Assembly: GCA_963764725.1 (NCBI GenBank)
Contig: CAVXTM010000013.1
Coordinates: 1 to 64,000, forward strand
Length of the DNA: 64,000 nucleotides
DNA from: an uncultured Gammaproteobacteria bacterium
Lineage (GTDB): Bacteria > Pseudomonadota > Gammaproteobacteria > JACCXJ01
Direction: 5' to 3'
In this document: positions 50,849 through 59,579 of the stretch, piece after piece
Numbering within the stretch: the stretch's first letter is position 1
Layout of the letters: every line of letters begins with the position of its first letter
Made by a program: the position numbers and the translations under genes
Notes under the pieces: model-generated
Told to the model about the DNA's origin: nothing
Seen by the model: only the letters and a program-made list of their open reading frames with translations
The model's database searches: none

Positions 50849-52617
50849 CCCTAACAAATAAGCATTTATCCGTCGTGCGCAGGCGATATACGCGAAACCG
50901 GCTCTGACGGTAGGGCGCATGACGGATAAATGTCTGTTGGACTAAACCGCGACGGCACCGGGGTTGCTGGTCTGGATCAGGTGTCCTTATTTTAGGGGAT
51001 TGTATTCCTTGGGAGGGAGCCGATGGAAGTCATGGGCGGTAGGAGGCGGTGCGTGGGGTGATCTGGAGCGAGCAAGCAGCGGCGTTTCGGTCCCGTGGGA
51101 GGGGGTGATTTTCATGAGGATCCTTGGCTTTTCTTAGGGACAAGGCGAGCGTATTCCCAGACCGCTCGGGGCCTGTCGAAACGCCGGCTTGGTGTGCGCT
51201 TGGGCTGGTCAGATGTCGGTGGTCAGCCTCCGTTAAAGCGTTTCGGCGCCAGGTAAGCGGTGACGCGCAGGTGGCCTTGGCGGCACTTCGGACAAGGGTA
51301 GCCGTCGAAGGGGACAGAAACTTGGGCGGTCGTCTCGGGTGGTTGCGCGGCGTTGATGGCTGCGCGTATAAAATCGAGGCGCTGAGCACGGCAGCGGTTA
51401 GCGAGAAAGCCGAAGTGGCGGATGCGCATGAAGCCCAAGGGCAGGACATGGAGCAGGAAGCGGCGCAGGAGCTCCTCGCCCGCGAGGGCCAACACCTTGT
51501 GGCGGTTACTGTCGCGGTAGTCCTTGTAGTCGAGCCGCACCTGATCGCCCTCCAAAGCGAGGATACGTGCATCGGTCAAGGCGATCCGGTGAGTGTAGCG
51601 GGCCAAATAGTTCACCACCGAGCCGGTATGAGTCAGCGATGGTTTGGAGTAGACCACCCAGTCGGTGGCCATCAGGGTATCGAGCACCGCACCGATCTGC
51701 GCCGGATCGCTAAGACGCGGAAGTTTGCCGTCCTCGATCTCTTGGCGCAGGCGGCTGACGAAGCCGCCGCGGACATGGCGCGAGAGTGCCCGCACCGGAA
51801 ACAGGTAGGTGCTCTTAGCCGGATGCCATCGGCCCTGGGGTGAGAAGGCACCTCCCGGGACCAAGCAATGCAGATGCACGTGCTGGCTCAAGGTCTGTCC
51901 CCAGGTGTGTAGCACCGCGGTCATCCCGAGCTCGCCGCCGAGGCGTTTAGGATCGGCGCCGAAGCGAGATAACGTGGCCCACACCGTCTGGAACAGGAGC
52001 CCGTAGATCACCTCGGGGTGGAGTTGTACCCAGGGGTTCAGCTCATGCGGCAGGGTGATCACCAGATGATGGTAGGTGACCGGCAGCACGGCCGCTTGTT
52101 GCCGCTCGCACCAGGCTTGTGAAGCCCGGCGTTGGCAGCGCGGACAGTGCCGGTCGCGGGGGTTGGTGCAGGCGCTGAGGATCCGCCCGACCTCGGCGCG
52201 AGTCAGCAACTCCGGGATGCGCTGGGCCTTCTTCGGGATCGGGATGTCAACAGCGAAGGCCGGCCAGTCAAGTACCTGCAGATACAAAAAACGGATACCG
52301 TGCAGAAACACCCGGCAGCTTGCACCCGACAAAGACCGCTCGGTGGCCAGGTACTCGAAATAGCCACGGATCTCGTCAATCCCAATCTTATCCGGGGAGC
52401 GGTGGACATGGCGTGCCAGATCCGTCACAGCGGCCAAGTAGCTTTCGTGAGTTCGGACCGAGAAGCCACGCACCTGCATGGCTTTGATCATCTGCGCGCG
52501 TAATGGGGTCATCGTTCGTCTCCTCTGAAAAAGACCCGAATGGGCCTCTCGGGAGTTTGAACGATGCAACTACGAAGGGAGAATCAGATAAGGCTCCGCG
52601 AAGCGGTTTAGTTCAAC
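50849..52617 (-). mobile_element. Tyrosine-recombinase + IS91-type Y2-transposase element (copy A) in the first array position
   Basis: 14/15 inverted repeat GTTGGACTAAACCGC (50936) versus GCGGTTTAGTTCAAC (ends 52617), plus terminal hairpin 50856-50935. Confidence 0.8.
51223..52512 (-). CDS. In-frame fusion of integrase N-terminal SAM-like domain and IS91-family transposase
   Basis: MTPLRAQM...RTHESY...RIPELLT...CTNP joined to RDRHCPRCQ...LHTWG..HVHLHC (HUH)...YLARY (Y2)...RFLLHVLP.GF.RIRHFG. Confidence 0.85.
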   Translation of the reverse strand: MTPLRAQMIKAMQVRGFSVRTHESYLAAVTDLARHVHRSPDKIGIDEIRGYFEYLATERSLSGASCRVFLHGIRFLYLQVLDWPAFAVDIPIPKKAQRIPELLTRAEVGRILSACTNPRDRHCPRCQRRASQAWCERQQAAVLPVTYHHLVITLPHELNPWVQLHPEVIYGLLFQTVWATLSRFGADPKRLGGELGMTAVLHTWGQTLSQHVHLHCLVPGGAFSPQGRWHPAKSTYLFPVRALSRHVRGGFVSRLRQEIEDGKLPRLSDPAQIGAVLDTLMATDWVVYSKPSLTHTGSVVNYLARYTHRIALTDARILALEGDQVRLDYKDYRDSNRHKVLALAGEELLRRFLLHVLPLGFMRIRHFGFLANRCRAQRLDFIRAAINAAQPPETTAQVSVPFDGYPCPKCRQGHLRVTAYLAPKRFNGG

Positions 52618-52680
52618 ATGTAATGGGCGGCCGATCTGCCGCCTTGTTTTGCGGCGCGGCCCCTCTACTCGCCACCCAAT
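52611..52680 (-). other. Putative attI region
   Basis: Minus-strand GTTGAAC core between the array and the intI promoter; extent is inferred. Confidence 0.5.
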
Positions 52681-52754
52681 ATACAGCTCCGTCAATCGCG
52701 TGCAGTCCGATCATGAGGGAGTCGTGAGGAGAGCTAGGCGGCGGTAGCGATCGA

Positions 52755-52786
52755 CTGTTGAGGCACACAGGGGCGCGCCGTAGTAT
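52755..52786 (+). promoter_or_regulatory. intI promoter with overlapping LexA box
   Basis: CTGT-TGAGGCAC-ACAG at 52755-52770; TTGAGG-17 nt-TAGTAT. Confidence 0.75.
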
Positions 52787-52848
52787 TCTGCGGCAAGAGC
52801 GGGACGGTTCAGGGGGTCCATTATAGCTATCAAAGGATTACAAAAAAA

Positions 52849-53703
52849 ATGGGAATCGTTCTTGGTTGGAAAGACGGCGAGGAGCAAGTTGCGGTCAAAT
52901 CGCCAGCGCCTCGGCCCCGACTGCTTGATCAGGTTCGCGATGTCGTTCGTCGGAGACATTACAGCATACGCACCGAGCAAGCCTACATACATTGGATTAA
53001 ACGCTTTATATTATTCCACGGCAAGCGCCATCCACGCCAGATGGGTGCCCGCGAGGTCGAAGCCTTCCTCACACACTTGGCCGTGGCGCAGAAGGTCTCG
53101 GCTTCGACGCAGAATCAGGCCCTCAACGCGCTCGTATTTCTCTACCACCATGTGCTCCTGCAAGAGCTCGGTACCATTGAGAATGTGGAACGCGCCAAAC
53201 GGCCCGTGCGTTTGCCGGTGGTCCTGACGGTGGAGGAGGTGCGGGCGGTGCTCGGTGAGCTTAAGGGCGGCGTCTGGCTGATGGCAGGGCTGCTCTACGG
53301 CAGCGGACTTCGGCTCATGGAGTGCCTTCGGCTGCGCATCAAGGATCTCGATTTCGCGATGCGTCAGATCGTCGTGCGCGACGGCAAGGGTGCGAAGGAC
53401 CGCATCACCATGCTGCCCGCCCAGCTCGTCGAACCGCTAAGAACGCATCTCTCCAAAGTCAAGCGTCTGCACGAGCGGGATCTCTCCGAGAGCTTCGGCA
53501 CCGTCTACCTGCCCTATGCGCTGGAGCGCAAGTACCCAAAGCCAACCGCGAATGGGGATGGCAGTATATCTCAGGGCGGCTACGACATACGAACGGTACA
53601 GGAGCTACTCGGCCACGCGGATGTCTCCACGACAATGATCTATACCCACGTGCTCAACCGGGGCGGGCGCGGGGTGGTCAGTCCGCTGGATGTCTCGCTT
53701 TGA
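52849..53703 (+). pseudogene. intI: Integron integrase with internal deletion of the I2 insertion and HxxR box
   Basis: [71 protein letters not shown] present; DPR/RRHH and HTLRHSFATH absent. Confidence 0.92.
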
Positions 53704-53815
53704 TCCCGTGGGTTTCGAACATGCACGAGGTATACGGTTCAGGTATGTGGTGTCTGTCTGACTCCATTTATCCGGGGGGCGTCCGCGTTGGGCGGCTGGT
53801 TAGCCTCTGCCTGCT

Positions 53816-54166
53816 TCACAGGGGAAGAACGCTTATGCGGTTTACCCATGCTTCTGCTTCTGTTGCTGACCAAATCAAGATCAGTTCCTCGACCGCTGCC
53901 GCAACTGAAAGCGATTGCGGAATCACTAACAGCCCGGAGCTGGTCTCGCGGGCGATGAATTCAGCAAAATGCCGCGGCATGGTTTTTCGATCATGGGTAA
54001 CGAGCACTCGACCGTCTGTTGCAGCTCTTGCCAATACCTCCGGATCGGCAAGCCCGGGCAAACCCGCTGTCATCGCGGTTTGAAAATCGATGGCCGGCTC
54101 CCGTCGTATTGTCGCCAGCAGGATGATCTGGTTGAGATCGGCATCCGCTTGAAAGCGCACTTTCAC
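53816..54166 (-). CDS. DUF5615 PIN-like toxin
   Basis: RFQADADLN, DPEVL, RVLVTHDRKTM. Confidence 0.85.
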   Translation of the reverse strand: MKVRFQADADLNQIILLATIRREPAIDFQTAMTAGLPGLADPEVLARAATDGRVLVTHDRKTMPRHFAEFIARETSSGLLVIPQSLSVAAAVEELILIWSATEAEAWVNRISVLPL

Positions 54167-54178
54167 GGGCGGGCGGGC

Positions 54179-54484
54179 TCATGCCGCCCGCCGGCGTGCA
54201 TCTGCAAGCTTTTGATAAAACATCGGGTCTTGCTCACGGGCAGCCTGCCGCATCGCCTCGAACTCCGTTTCGGCTGCTTTGAGATAGGCATCTATTTCTG
54301 ATTTATTGGCAAGATAGAACGTCAAGGCGCCGTACACGTGCTCCAGGGTCAGCACCGGGAAGGACTGCGCAATGCTCTCGGCCGTCTGGCCGCGCCAAAA
54401 AGCGTAAACGATCGAATCCAGCGACACGCGCGTACCGGCTAGTCGGTAAACACTGTCTATGTTTTCAACGTACTGCTTGTTCAT
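54179..54484 (-). CDS. DUF433 antitoxin
   Basis: GTRVSLDSIV...GQTAESIAQSFPVLTLEHVYGALTFY. Confidence 0.88.
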   Translation of the reverse strand: MNKQYVENIDSVYRLAGTRVSLDSIVYAFWRGQTAESIAQSFPVLTLEHVYGALTFYLANKSEIDAYLKAAETEFEAMRQAAREQDPMFYQKLADARRRAA

Positions 54485-54581
54485 GGGCTTTTCTCTCCGC
54501 CAGCGTGCCAATTTATTCTACCACCTGCGGCTGCGCCTCAGAGAGGGATCTGCCAAACTAAGAGCATCCCGCACCGGTTAA

Positions 54582-55748
54582 TCACGCATACCGCAACGCT
54601 TCGGCGATCTGTAGCCTGGCGGCGCGCAATGCGGGTAACAATCCGCCGACGAGGCCCATCACGAGGGCGAAAACCAAGGATTCCATCACGATGGCCCGCG
54701 TCAAGGTAAAGTCGAACGCCAACTCGGCGAAGGTCTGCCAGTTCATGGTGGAGACGCTCACTGTCTGCATCAAGGAGGCCAGCAGGATCCCCAGCGTGCC
54801 TCCGACGAGACCGAGGAGACACGACTCGGTGATAAACGCCGACAAGATATCGCGCCGATGAAACCCCAAAGCCCGCAGGGTGGCGATCTCTGAGGTGCGC
54901 TCGGCCACCGAACTGTACATGGTGATCATCGCTCCGAGCACGGCGCCGATCGCAAAGGTTATACTCAGCGTGGTCCCCAATATACTTAAGAAATTGGACA
55001 TCACCTCCGACTGTTCGGCATAGAACTCGATCTCCGGCTTGGCTTCGAGCGTCAAGCGCGGGTCCTCACTGATCCTTAGCTGTACGGATTCTAAGGTATG
55101 CCGGTCGGCCAGCCGGAAAATCACCGAGGAGTATGCGTTGCGGCGAAACGCCTGCATCAACTGATCGGCATCGCCCCAGATCTCCGAGCTGAAGCCGCTC
55201 TGCCCCGCATCGAAGAGCCCGACCACGGTCCACTCCCGGCCGCCCAATCGGATCCGCTCCCCGAGGCCGGTCCCGGCAAAGCCCTCCGCAATCTTGACGC
55301 CGGTGATGATTTCCGCGGTTCCCGGTCGGAACATCCGGCCTTGAACCATGCGAACCTGCGGCCGCAACCACAAGCCCGGCGTCGATAGCCCGCGAATGGT
55401 GACATTCGAAGGCTTCCCGCTCCCGCGCTTCGCGAGCACGAGGAGCACCAAGGTTTCCTTCGAAGCGAAGCGCTCTCCCGCCGCCCCATGCGCGATGTGC
55501 GGCAGACTCTCGATGATCGCCGCCTGCTCGCGATCCACGCTGCTTTGCACTTCAGTTTCCGCCGAACGGCGAATGACGATGACATTGTCGCCACGGCCGG
55601 TACCCACCAAGGTTTGCTTGATTCCTTCGGCAAGCATACGCATGGTCGCGAAAACAAATACCACCAAGGCCATTCCCCCGATGGTCAAGAGTGTCGTTAC
55701 CCGGCGTGCCCGGAGATTGCGATGAATATAATAGAACGGAACGGCCAC
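54582..55748 (-). CDS. ABC transporter permease (MacB/FtsX family)
   Basis: RNL.AR, ERTSEIATLRALGF, 4 TM. Confidence 0.9.
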   Translation of the reverse strand: MAVPFYYIHRNLRARRVTTLLTIGGMALVVFVFATMRMLAEGIKQTLVGTGRGDNVIVIRRSAETEVQSSVDREQAAIIESLPHIAHGAAGERFASKETLVLLVLAKRGSGKPSNVTIRGLSTPGLWLRPQVRMVQGRMFRPGTAEIITGVKIAEGFAGTGLGERIRLGGREWTVVGLFDAGQSGFSSEIWGDADQLMQAFRRNAYSSVIFRLADRHTLESVQLRISEDPRLTLEAKPEIEFYAEQSEVMSNFLSILGTTLSITFAIGAVLGAMITMYSSVAERTSEIATLRALGFHRRDILSAFITESCLLGLVGGTLGILLASLMQTVSVSTMNWQTFAELAFDFTLTRAIVMESLVFALVMGLVGGLLPALRAARLQIAEALRYA

Positions 55749-55880
55749 TCGTCCTACTGTGTCACAAGTCGATCAAGGGATGCCATGCGAGGCGGAATAG
55801 TTTACACGCCAGTAAATGAGCATTTCGAGCCACATTCCAACGAAGCAGAGCGCCCTTCAGCGGGTTGTGACACAGTAGGA

Positions 55881-57047
55881 CTAGGGGGCGTCTCTGAGCG
55901 CCGAGGCGATGGACTCCTTGGCGCCGATGGCCGCGAACAACCCGGCCAAAAGCCCCACGAGCCCGGCCGCCCCGAACGCCAACGCAATGGTCGTCGTGGA
56001 GACCGTGAAAATCGGAAACAGGGTCCCGACGCGGGCGGCGAAGACCTTTGCGACCGGGAAGGTCAGGGCGATCCCGAGCAGGCCCCCCGAGCAGGACAGG
56101 AACAAGGATTCTCCCACGATGAGGCCGAGCACATGTTTGGAACCGAAGCCCAAAGCCTGCAACGTGGCGTACTCGCGCCTCCGTTCCCGCACGGCCATTG
56201 TCATCGTGTTCGCCGCCACGGCGAGGATGATGGCGATCACGAACAGCGATACTATTTGAACCACCACCAAGATCGCCTCCGTCATGGCGACGAACCCGAG
56301 TTGAAAGGCCTTCTCGGTCTCAGTCAGCGTCTCCGCCATCGAGTTTTTGAAAAGCGCATCGATGTCCCGGGACACCCGGGCCGCCTCAGCCGCGCGGTGC
56401 AACCCAATGACGTAGATGCCGACGCGGTCCTGGCGTCCACCGGGCCGCTTCTTCTGCTCCTCATTGAGATAGTTCCAATGGAAGAACAGATTCGTCTCGT
56501 CGATTTTCGGCTCGGCGCCGACATAAATCCCGCGCAGCACAAACCGCCACTCCCCGGGATAAATCGTACCCCGTAACGGGACGACGTCGCCGACCTTCCA
56601 GCCGTATTGCTCGGCGAGCCTGCGGCCGGCAACGGCGCCGCCTTGGTCTTTGAGAAATGCGCTCAACGCATCCGGCGGCAGGATGAATTCCGGATATAAG
56701 GTCAAGTAGCTCTTCGGCTCGATAGCGAATTGCGGGAAGAAATTCTTTTCATCGATATAAACTCCCGCGAACCAATTGGCGTAGCTCACCGTGGCTACCC
56801 CGGCGACTTGGCGAATGCGATTGAGATAGCTGATGGGCAGCGGGAAGACGAGCGAAATCGCGTTACGGGTGATGAGCCGCTTGGCGGAAGTCGCCTCGGC
56901 GCCCGCATACCAGGCATCGACCACGGTGCGCAGAAGCCCGAAAGCCACGATGGCGATCATGATGCCAGCCAAGGTTAATGCCGAACGCAAGCGGTGTCGC
57001 AGGAGGTTCCGCGCTATCCATCCGACAAAAAACACCAGGCCCGACAT
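55881..57047 (-). CDS. ABC transporter permease (MacB/FtsX family)
   Basis: RNLLRHRLRSALT, ERRREYATLQALGF. Confidence 0.9.
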   Translation of the reverse strand: MSGLVFFVGWIARNLLRHRLRSALTLAGIMIAIVAFGLLRTVVDAWYAGAEATSAKRLITRNAISLVFPLPISYLNRIRQVAGVATVSYANWFAGVYIDEKNFFPQFAIEPKSYLTLYPEFILPPDALSAFLKDQGGAVAGRRLAEQYGWKVGDVVPLRGTIYPGEWRFVLRGIYVGAEPKIDETNLFFHWNYLNEEQKKRPGGRQDRVGIYVIGLHRAAEAARVSRDIDALFKNSMAETLTETEKAFQLGFVAMTEAILVVVQIVSLFVIAIILAVAANTMTMAVRERRREYATLQALGFGSKHVLGLIVGESLFLSCSGGLLGIALTFPVAKVFAARVGTLFPIFTVSTTTIALAFGAAGLVGLLAGLFAAIGAKESIASALRDAP

Positions 57048-57095
57048 GCTTAGAGCTTGTGAAAAAATCTACTGCGACGATTTTTTCACAACCTC

Positions 57096-57800
57096 TCACT
57101 CGATGCGAACGCTCGAATCCGGAGTTTCCTTGATGAGCTCCCCTTTATCCAACTGCATGATCGCATGCGCGGAAGCAGCGGCAAGGTGGTCGTGGGTCAC
57201 CAAGATGATGGTCTTGCCCAAGTCGCGGTTCAGCCGCCCGAGCAAGTCCAACACCCCGCGGGCCGAGTTACGGTCCAGATCGCCCGTCGGTTCATCGGCG
57301 ACGATGAGCGCCGGATCCGTAACCACCGCGCGCGCAATCGCAACCCGTTGCTGCTCGCCCCCAGAAAGCTGCCCCGGGTAATGGTCCTTGCGTTCCTCGA
57401 GATCCACCATGCGTAAGACCAACCCGACATGCTCGCGCCGTTCGCGCTTCGTGAGCCGCGTGAGCAGTAGCGGCAGCTCGACGTTCTCATACGCGGTTAA
57501 GACCGGTAATAGATTGTAGAACTGAAACACAAAGCCTACATTCGCCGCGCGCCAGCCCGCCAGCGCCGATTCGTCCAGGCGGCTGATATCGACACCGCCC
57601 ACGCGGATAGCCCCCGCATCGGGATGATCGATCCCCGCGATCAGGTTCAGCAAGGTGCTCTTACCGGATCCGGAGGGTCCCATGAGCGCAACGAAATCCC
57701 CTCCATCGACGGTAAGACTAATCTTGGTGAGCACCGGGATCCGCCGATCGCCGCGGCGGTAGGACTTGGAAACATCGACCACCTCGACCATCGTTCCCAT
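57096..57800 (-). CDS. ABC transporter ATP-binding protein (LolD/MacB type)
   Basis: GPSGSGKST, LSGGEQQRVAIARA, ADEPTGDLD. Confidence 0.93.
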   Translation of the reverse strand: MGTMVEVVDVSKSYRRGDRRIPVLTKISLTVDGGDFVALMGPSGSGKSTLLNLIAGIDHPDAGAIRVGGVDISRLDESALAGWRAANVGFVFQFYNLLPVLTAYENVELPLLLTRLTKRERREHVGLVLRMVDLEERKDHYPGQLSGGEQQRVAIARAVVTDPALIVADEPTGDLDRNSARGVLDLLGRLNRDLGKTIILVTHDHLAAASAHAIMQLDKGELIKETPDSSVRIE

Positions 57801-57807
57801 CGGCCAC

Positions 57808-59025
57808 TCACAAAGGTTCGATGCGCACCCTGGCGCCGTCGCTGAGAGGCGGCGCGGGATCGATCACGACCTGATCGCCTTCCCGCAACTCCTCGGACAC
57901 GATGAGCCTGTCGCCCAAGGCTTGCGCGGACCCGATGACCACCTCCTGCGCGCGCTCGCCGTGCACGCGAAATACCACTTGTTGCTGATGGCGGCGGACC
58001 ACCGCTTCTCGCGGGATTGTCAATACGGGGCGGGTCTCATCGGCGGACAATTCCCGCGACAAGAAAGCCACCTTCGCGCTCATCTCCGGCAAGATGCGTG
58101 GGTCGGGATTGAGAAATCCAATCTTAACCAGCACCGTGGCCTTACTCCTATCCACGGTCGGTACGATGCTCCGCACGACTGCCGCCAGCCGGAGATCGGG
58201 TAAGGCGTCCAACTGCACCTCGCACGGCTGCCCCACGCGCACGCTCGGAAAATTGGACTCGGCCACGTCGGCCTCAACCTGCAGTGAACCCATATCGGCC
58301 AGGGAAACCACGGCCCCCTTCGACTGATCGGTTGATGCCAAGGGCGCCACGATGTCGCCGAGATCTGCGTACTTTCTAAGAATCACGCCGTCGAAAGGAG
58401 CGCGGATCGAGGTGTACTCCACGGCCACTTCGGTCTCTTGCAGGGCGCTTTCCGCCGCCACGACGGCGGCCTGGGTACTCGCAAGCGCGGCTTGGGCTTT
58501 TTTTAATCGCGCCTGCGCGGCGTCGTAGTCTTCCCGCGTGGCGAATTGCTTCCTTACCAGCTTAGCGGTTCGTTCAAACATCAAACGCGATTCATCGAGC
58601 GCCGCCGCAGCCTCGTTGACTTGCGCGCGTGCCACGTCCACATTCGCCGCCGCGCGGTTTCTGCTCGCGAGGAGATCGCGGTTCTCCAAACGTGCAAGCA
58701 CTTGTCCCGCTTTTACCCGGCTGCCCTCCTCGACGTGCAAGGACTCCAAGCGTCCGGTCGCCTTGGATGCGACATCCGCCTTGCGCTGCGGAACCACGTA
58801 ACCGGTTGCATTGAAGAGCGTGTGCACTTGCGCCGGAAAGGTGTTCGACACCATGGCGACCTTGACGCTGACCGCCCCGTCCAGCCACGCCTTACCCATC
58901 AGAGTCGCTAAAATCGCGATGATAATCGCACCCCCCGCCAGGTACATTGACTTAACCGGCTTGCGTAGCGCATGCGCACCTGGTTTGGCGCCGGGGTCGA
59001 TACGGAGCTTGGAATAATCTTCCAT
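57808..59025 (-). CDS. Efflux periplasmic adaptor (MacA/HlyD family)
   Basis: VEEGSRVKAGQVLARL, coiled coil, IRAPFDG, LPEMSA. Confidence 0.9.
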   Translation of the reverse strand: MEDYSKLRIDPGAKPGAHALRKPVKSMYLAGGAIIIAILATLMGKAWLDGAVSVKVAMVSNTFPAQVHTLFNATGYVVPQRKADVASKATGRLESLHVEEGSRVKAGQVLARLENRDLLASRNRAAANVDVARAQVNEAAAALDESRLMFERTAKLVRKQFATREDYDAAQARLKKAQAALASTQAAVVAAESALQETEVAVEYTSIRAPFDGVILRKYADLGDIVAPLASTDQSKGAVVSLADMGSLQVEADVAESNFPSVRVGQPCEVQLDALPDLRLAAVVRSIVPTVDRSKATVLVKIGFLNPDPRILPEMSAKVAFLSRELSADETRPVLTIPREAVVRRHQQQVVFRVHGERAQEVVIGSAQALGDRLIVSEELREGDQVVIDPAPPLSDGARVRIEPL

Positions 59026-59105
59026 TTATACCCCGCGGTCTTGCCGCGGGTGCCTCAGCGATGGGGATTCCAAAGGGGAGAAGCGTAGCTCTCCTCTTGG
59101 GTCAA

Positions 59106-59127
59106 GGGCGGGGTTCATGCCCCGCCC
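59106..59127. terminator. GC hairpin downstream of the TPR gene
   Basis: GGGCGGGG-TTCATG-CCCCGCCC; weak U tract. Confidence 0.45.
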
Positions 59128-59141
59128 GCGAAGTATATTGA

Positions 59142-59579
59142 TTATTCCACGTTAGACCGCGAGATGCGCGCGCGCGCCGCTTGAATCACCTTGAGGTTAC
59201 CCGTGAGGAGCCGGCGGTGATCGCGCGCGAGCAGGCTGGATTTTTTCGCCAGCTCGGCCGACCGCTCCCAGTAACCTTGTTGCAGCCTCAACACCGCGAG
59301 CCGGTGCCAAAGCCATGGGTTACGAGGTTCGATCCGAAGCGCCCGCTCGAGCGTCGCTGCCGCTTGCTCGCCATGACCGGCTTCGGCCTTTGAGCGGGCT
59401 AAGCGCAGTAAGGCCGCGACCGCTGGACTCGCCGCGGACGACGCGGCCGGCGCCACGGCGATCCCAGCGCCTTCGCTTGCAGCGGCGGCGGTTGAAGCAT
59501 TCCAGGGCTGGATCGCCGCGCCGACATCAACCAAGGCCGCCGCCAAAACGGTCCCCAGAAATCGACGCCGAAGTTTCAT
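59142..59579 (-). CDS. TPR protein coupled to mrcB (LpoP-like)
   Basis: AAATLERALRIEPRNP.LWHRLA..RLQQG; TGATG overlap with mrcB. Confidence 0.75.
   Translation of the reverse strand: MKLRRRFLGTVLAAALVDVGAAIQPWNASTAAAASEGAGIAVAPAASSAASPAVAALLRLARSKAEAGHGEQAAATLERALRIEPRNPWLWHRLAVLRLQQGYWERSAELAKKSSLLARDHRRLLTGNLKVIQAARARISRSNVE

Larger units (their letters stand above)
31834..52620 (-). mobile_element. Integron cassette array (about 20 cassettes)
   Basis: Co-oriented short minus-strand ORFs separated by RYYYAAC...GTTRRRY hairpins, divergent from intI. Confidence 0.93.

Noticed and set aside
32324-50942. Interspersed palindromic repeats as a CRISPR array
   Set aside because: Repeats are 60-130 nt, imperfect, separated by whole genes and bounded by RYYYAAC/GTTRRRY; no cas genes are present, so these are attC sites
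55488-56576. Long antisense ORFs, for example 362 aa here and 282 aa at 19210-20058
   Set aside because: Shadow frames of well-supported genes in GC-rich DNA with no recognisable motifs
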